This document shows, in pieces, positions 62,198 to 64,000 of a stretch of 64,000 bases of DNA; position 1 is the first letter of the stretch; every line of letters starts with the position of its first letter. The DNA is from Pseudomonadota bacterium. GTDB lineage: Bacteria; Pseudomonadota; Alphaproteobacteria; JBCCHK01. The stretch is taken from assembly GCA_039028835.1 (NCBI GenBank), contig JBCCHK010000007.1, positions 72,371 to 136,370 on the forward strand, written 5' to 3'. The notes beneath the pieces were generated by a model. The model ran no database searches, had not been told where the DNA came from, and saw nothing but the letters and a program-made list of their open reading frames with translations. The translations under genes were made by a program, and so were the position numbers.

Positions 62198-62530
62198 ATG
62201 AGCCGCGCGCGCAAGGGGTTATGGGGTGAGTACGTGGCCATGGCCGTTTTTGTGTGTAGGGGATATCGGATCATTGCCCATCGGTTTCGTTGTCCGGCAG
62301 GCGAGATCGATATTATAGCCCGCCGAGGCAAGGTGTGGGTGTTCATTGAGGTCAAGGTCCTGGCCGCTGGCCGAACACTAGAGCAAGCTCTCCCGTCGCC
62401 GGTCCAGCGGGCGCGGATCGTTCGTGCAGCCAAGGTATTTATGGCATACCGCGGTGAGGGGGATATGCGGTTTGATGTGGTCCTGGTGCGCCGATTGCTC
62501 ACGTGGAAAATCATCGAGAATGTATGGTAG
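62198..62530 (+). CDS. yraN: YraN-family (UPF0102) endonuclease-like protein
   Basis: GEYVAMAVFVCRGYRIIAHRFRCPAGEIDIIARRG…FIEVK pattern. Follows rsmI, as in many proteobacteria. Confidence 0.7.
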   Translation: MSRARKGLWGEYVAMAVFVCRGYRIIAHRFRCPAGEIDIIARRGKVWVFIEVKVLAAGRTLEQALPSPVQRARIVRAAKVFMAYRGEGDMRFDVVLVRRLLTWKIIENVW

Positions 62531-62542
62531 AAAATGCGCGCA

Positions 62543-64000
62543 TTAATTATCAAGAAAACTGCGGAGTTTGCGCGAGCGCGAAGGGTGTTTGAGTTTACGC
62601 AAGGCCTTGGCTTCAATCTGCCGGATGCGTTCTCGGGTGACGGAAAATTGTTGGCCGACCTCTTCTAAGGTGTGATCGGTGTTCATGCCGACGCCAAAGC
62701 GCATCCGCAGGACTCGCTCTTCGCGGGCGGTGAGTGAGTTGAGCACTCGGGTTGTGGTTTCGCGCAGGGAACTGTGAATAGCCGAGTCGATGGGTGCAAC
62801 GGTGTTTTTGTCTTCGATAAAATCGCCCAGGTGGCTATCTTCTTCGTCACCGACAGGGGTTTCCAAAGAGATTGGTTCTTTTGCTGTTTTGAGGACTTTG
62901 CGCACCTTATCGACCGGCATCATGAGTCGCTGGGCGAGCTCTTCAGGGGTAGGCTCGCGACCAATTTCATGGAGCATGAGTCGTGAGGTGCGTACGAGTT
63001 TGTTGATCGTTTCGATCATATGTACGGGAATGCGAATGGTCCGCGCCTGGTCAGCAATCGAGCGGGTAATGGCCTGACGGATCCACCAGGTGGCATAGGT
63101 AGAAAACTTATAACCGCGGCGATACTCAAACTTATCGACAGCCTTCATCAAACCGATGTTACCTTCTTGAATCAGGTCCAGAAATTGTAAGCCGCGGCTG
63201 GTATATTTTTTGGCGATTGAGATGACCAAGCGTAGGTTAGCCTCGATCATCTCCCGTTTCGCGCGTTCGGCTTCTTTCTCGCCTTTTTTAACAACTTTAG
63301 CCAGATATTTGATTTGCGGGATGCTAAGGCCGCTTTGCTCGGCGATTTCTCCAAGTTCTTGGGTGAGTCTACCAAAGGCTGGTATTTCGGTGAGGGACTT
63401 CCACGCCGCGTCGCTTCGGGCTTTGGTTAATTTTTCTATAGGTTCTTGTTGATAGGTGGTCAGAAAGTCACTGCGACTAACTTTGCATTTACCCGCCAGC
63501 GCGACCAGCTGGCCTTCCTTTTGCATGATGGTTTTATTCAGGTCATATAAATTACCCACCAGCATGTCGATACGCGCGTTAAGAAGATGCAAATCCGAGA
63601 CCAGGTTAAGGAGTTGTTTCTTATGGCGATGATAGGTATCGGAGTCTTTTTTGGCCTTGGAAAACTTTTTATAGGCGGTCGCGATGTCTTTACGCAGGGC
63701 GATGATTCCTGGGGTGAGAGCCTGCTCCATCGCCACGAGGGATAAGGTGTTGTCCTCTTCCTCTTCTTGCGCCTTATCGTCATCATCTTTATTGTTGTCG
63801 TCCTTGGCGTCGCCGTCTTGCGAGTCGGCCTTTGTTTGTTCATTGTCACTGGGGCGAGCCTCATCTGCACTACCGCCCTGGACGTTGGCGTACATTGTCA
63901 CAAGGTCTGTGACATCACGCAAGGACAACGCGCCAGCGATAATGTCATCGAGCCAAGCAAATAGCGTCTCATAGGTATTGGGAAAAGCGCTGATCCCGGT
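62543..64000 (-). CDS. rpoD: RNA polymerase sigma-70 factor RpoD; N-terminus lies beyond the window end
   Basis: Acidic non-conserved region, then regions 2-4 (…[39 protein letters not shown]…). The reading frame stays open through nt 64000 (…[24 protein letters not shown]…). Confidence 0.9.
   Translation of the reverse strand, partial: TGISAFPNTYETLFAWLDDIIAGALSLRDVTDLVTMYANVQGGSADEARPSDNEQTKADSQDGDAKDDNNKDDDDKAQEEEEDNTLSLVAMEQALTPGIIALRKDIATAYKKFSKAKKDSDTYHRHKKQLLNLVSDLHLLNARIDMLVGNLYDLNKTIMQKEGQLVALAGKCKVSRSDFLTTYQQEPIEKLTKARSDAAWKSLTEIPAFGRLTQELGEIAEQSGLSIPQIKYLAKVVKKGEKEAERAKREMIEANLRLVISIAKKYTSRGLQFLDLIQEGNIGLMKAVDKFEYRRGYKFSTYATWWIRQAITRSIADQARTIRIPVHMIETINKLVRTSRLMLHEIGREPTPEELAQRLMMPVDKVRKVLKTAKEPISLETPVGDEEDSHLGDFIEDKNTVAPIDSAIHSSLRETTTRVLNSLTAREERVLRMRFGVGMNTDHTLEEVGQQFSVTRERIRQIEAKALRKLKHPSRSRKLRSFLDN

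Noticed and set aside
63538-63870. 110-aa ORF overlapping rpoD
   Set aside because: It overlaps the rpoD coding region in another frame and has an Arg/Thr-rich composition typical of shadow ORFs in GC-rich DNA.

Overview
This is a 64-kb, densely coding chromosomal segment with fairly high GC. Its gene content fits an alphaproteobacterium: fabA-fabB-fabI, surE-pcm-nlpD-serS, gatB, the general L-amino-acid transporter aapJQMP, sdhE-mfd, dapF, argS, htpG, hemC, proA-nadD-rsfS, rppH, rpoH and rpoD. The centre is the str/S10/spc ribosomal super-operon (rpsL-rpsG-fusA-tuf-rpsJ-rplC…rpmD-rplO), but it stops at rplO. An MFS transporter gene starts 6 nt after the rplO stop, and rplQ sits alone 20 kb away, downstream of rppH. 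I saw no rRNA, tRNA, CRISPR, integrase or transposase. The most unusual features are as follows. (1) There are long Lys/Ala/Pro/Gln-rich low-complexity extensions on ribosomal proteins L3 (C-terminal), S5 (C-terminal) and L30 (N-terminal). S5 and L30 are in the same reading frame and separated only by a TAG codon. Similar charged tails occur on a DEAD-box helicase and on RsfS. (2) Two tandem, overlapping ~210-aa paralogous hypothetical proteins lie next to an ABC importer that has no binding-protein gene. (3) There is a 761-aa TPR protein divergent from cobN, while cobT lies 35 kb away next to the orphan rplQ and no cobS is present. (4) Short 13-15-bp tandem direct repeats (2-3 copies) recur in several 5' regions. 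All calls rest on reading the six-frame translations; no database search was possible.
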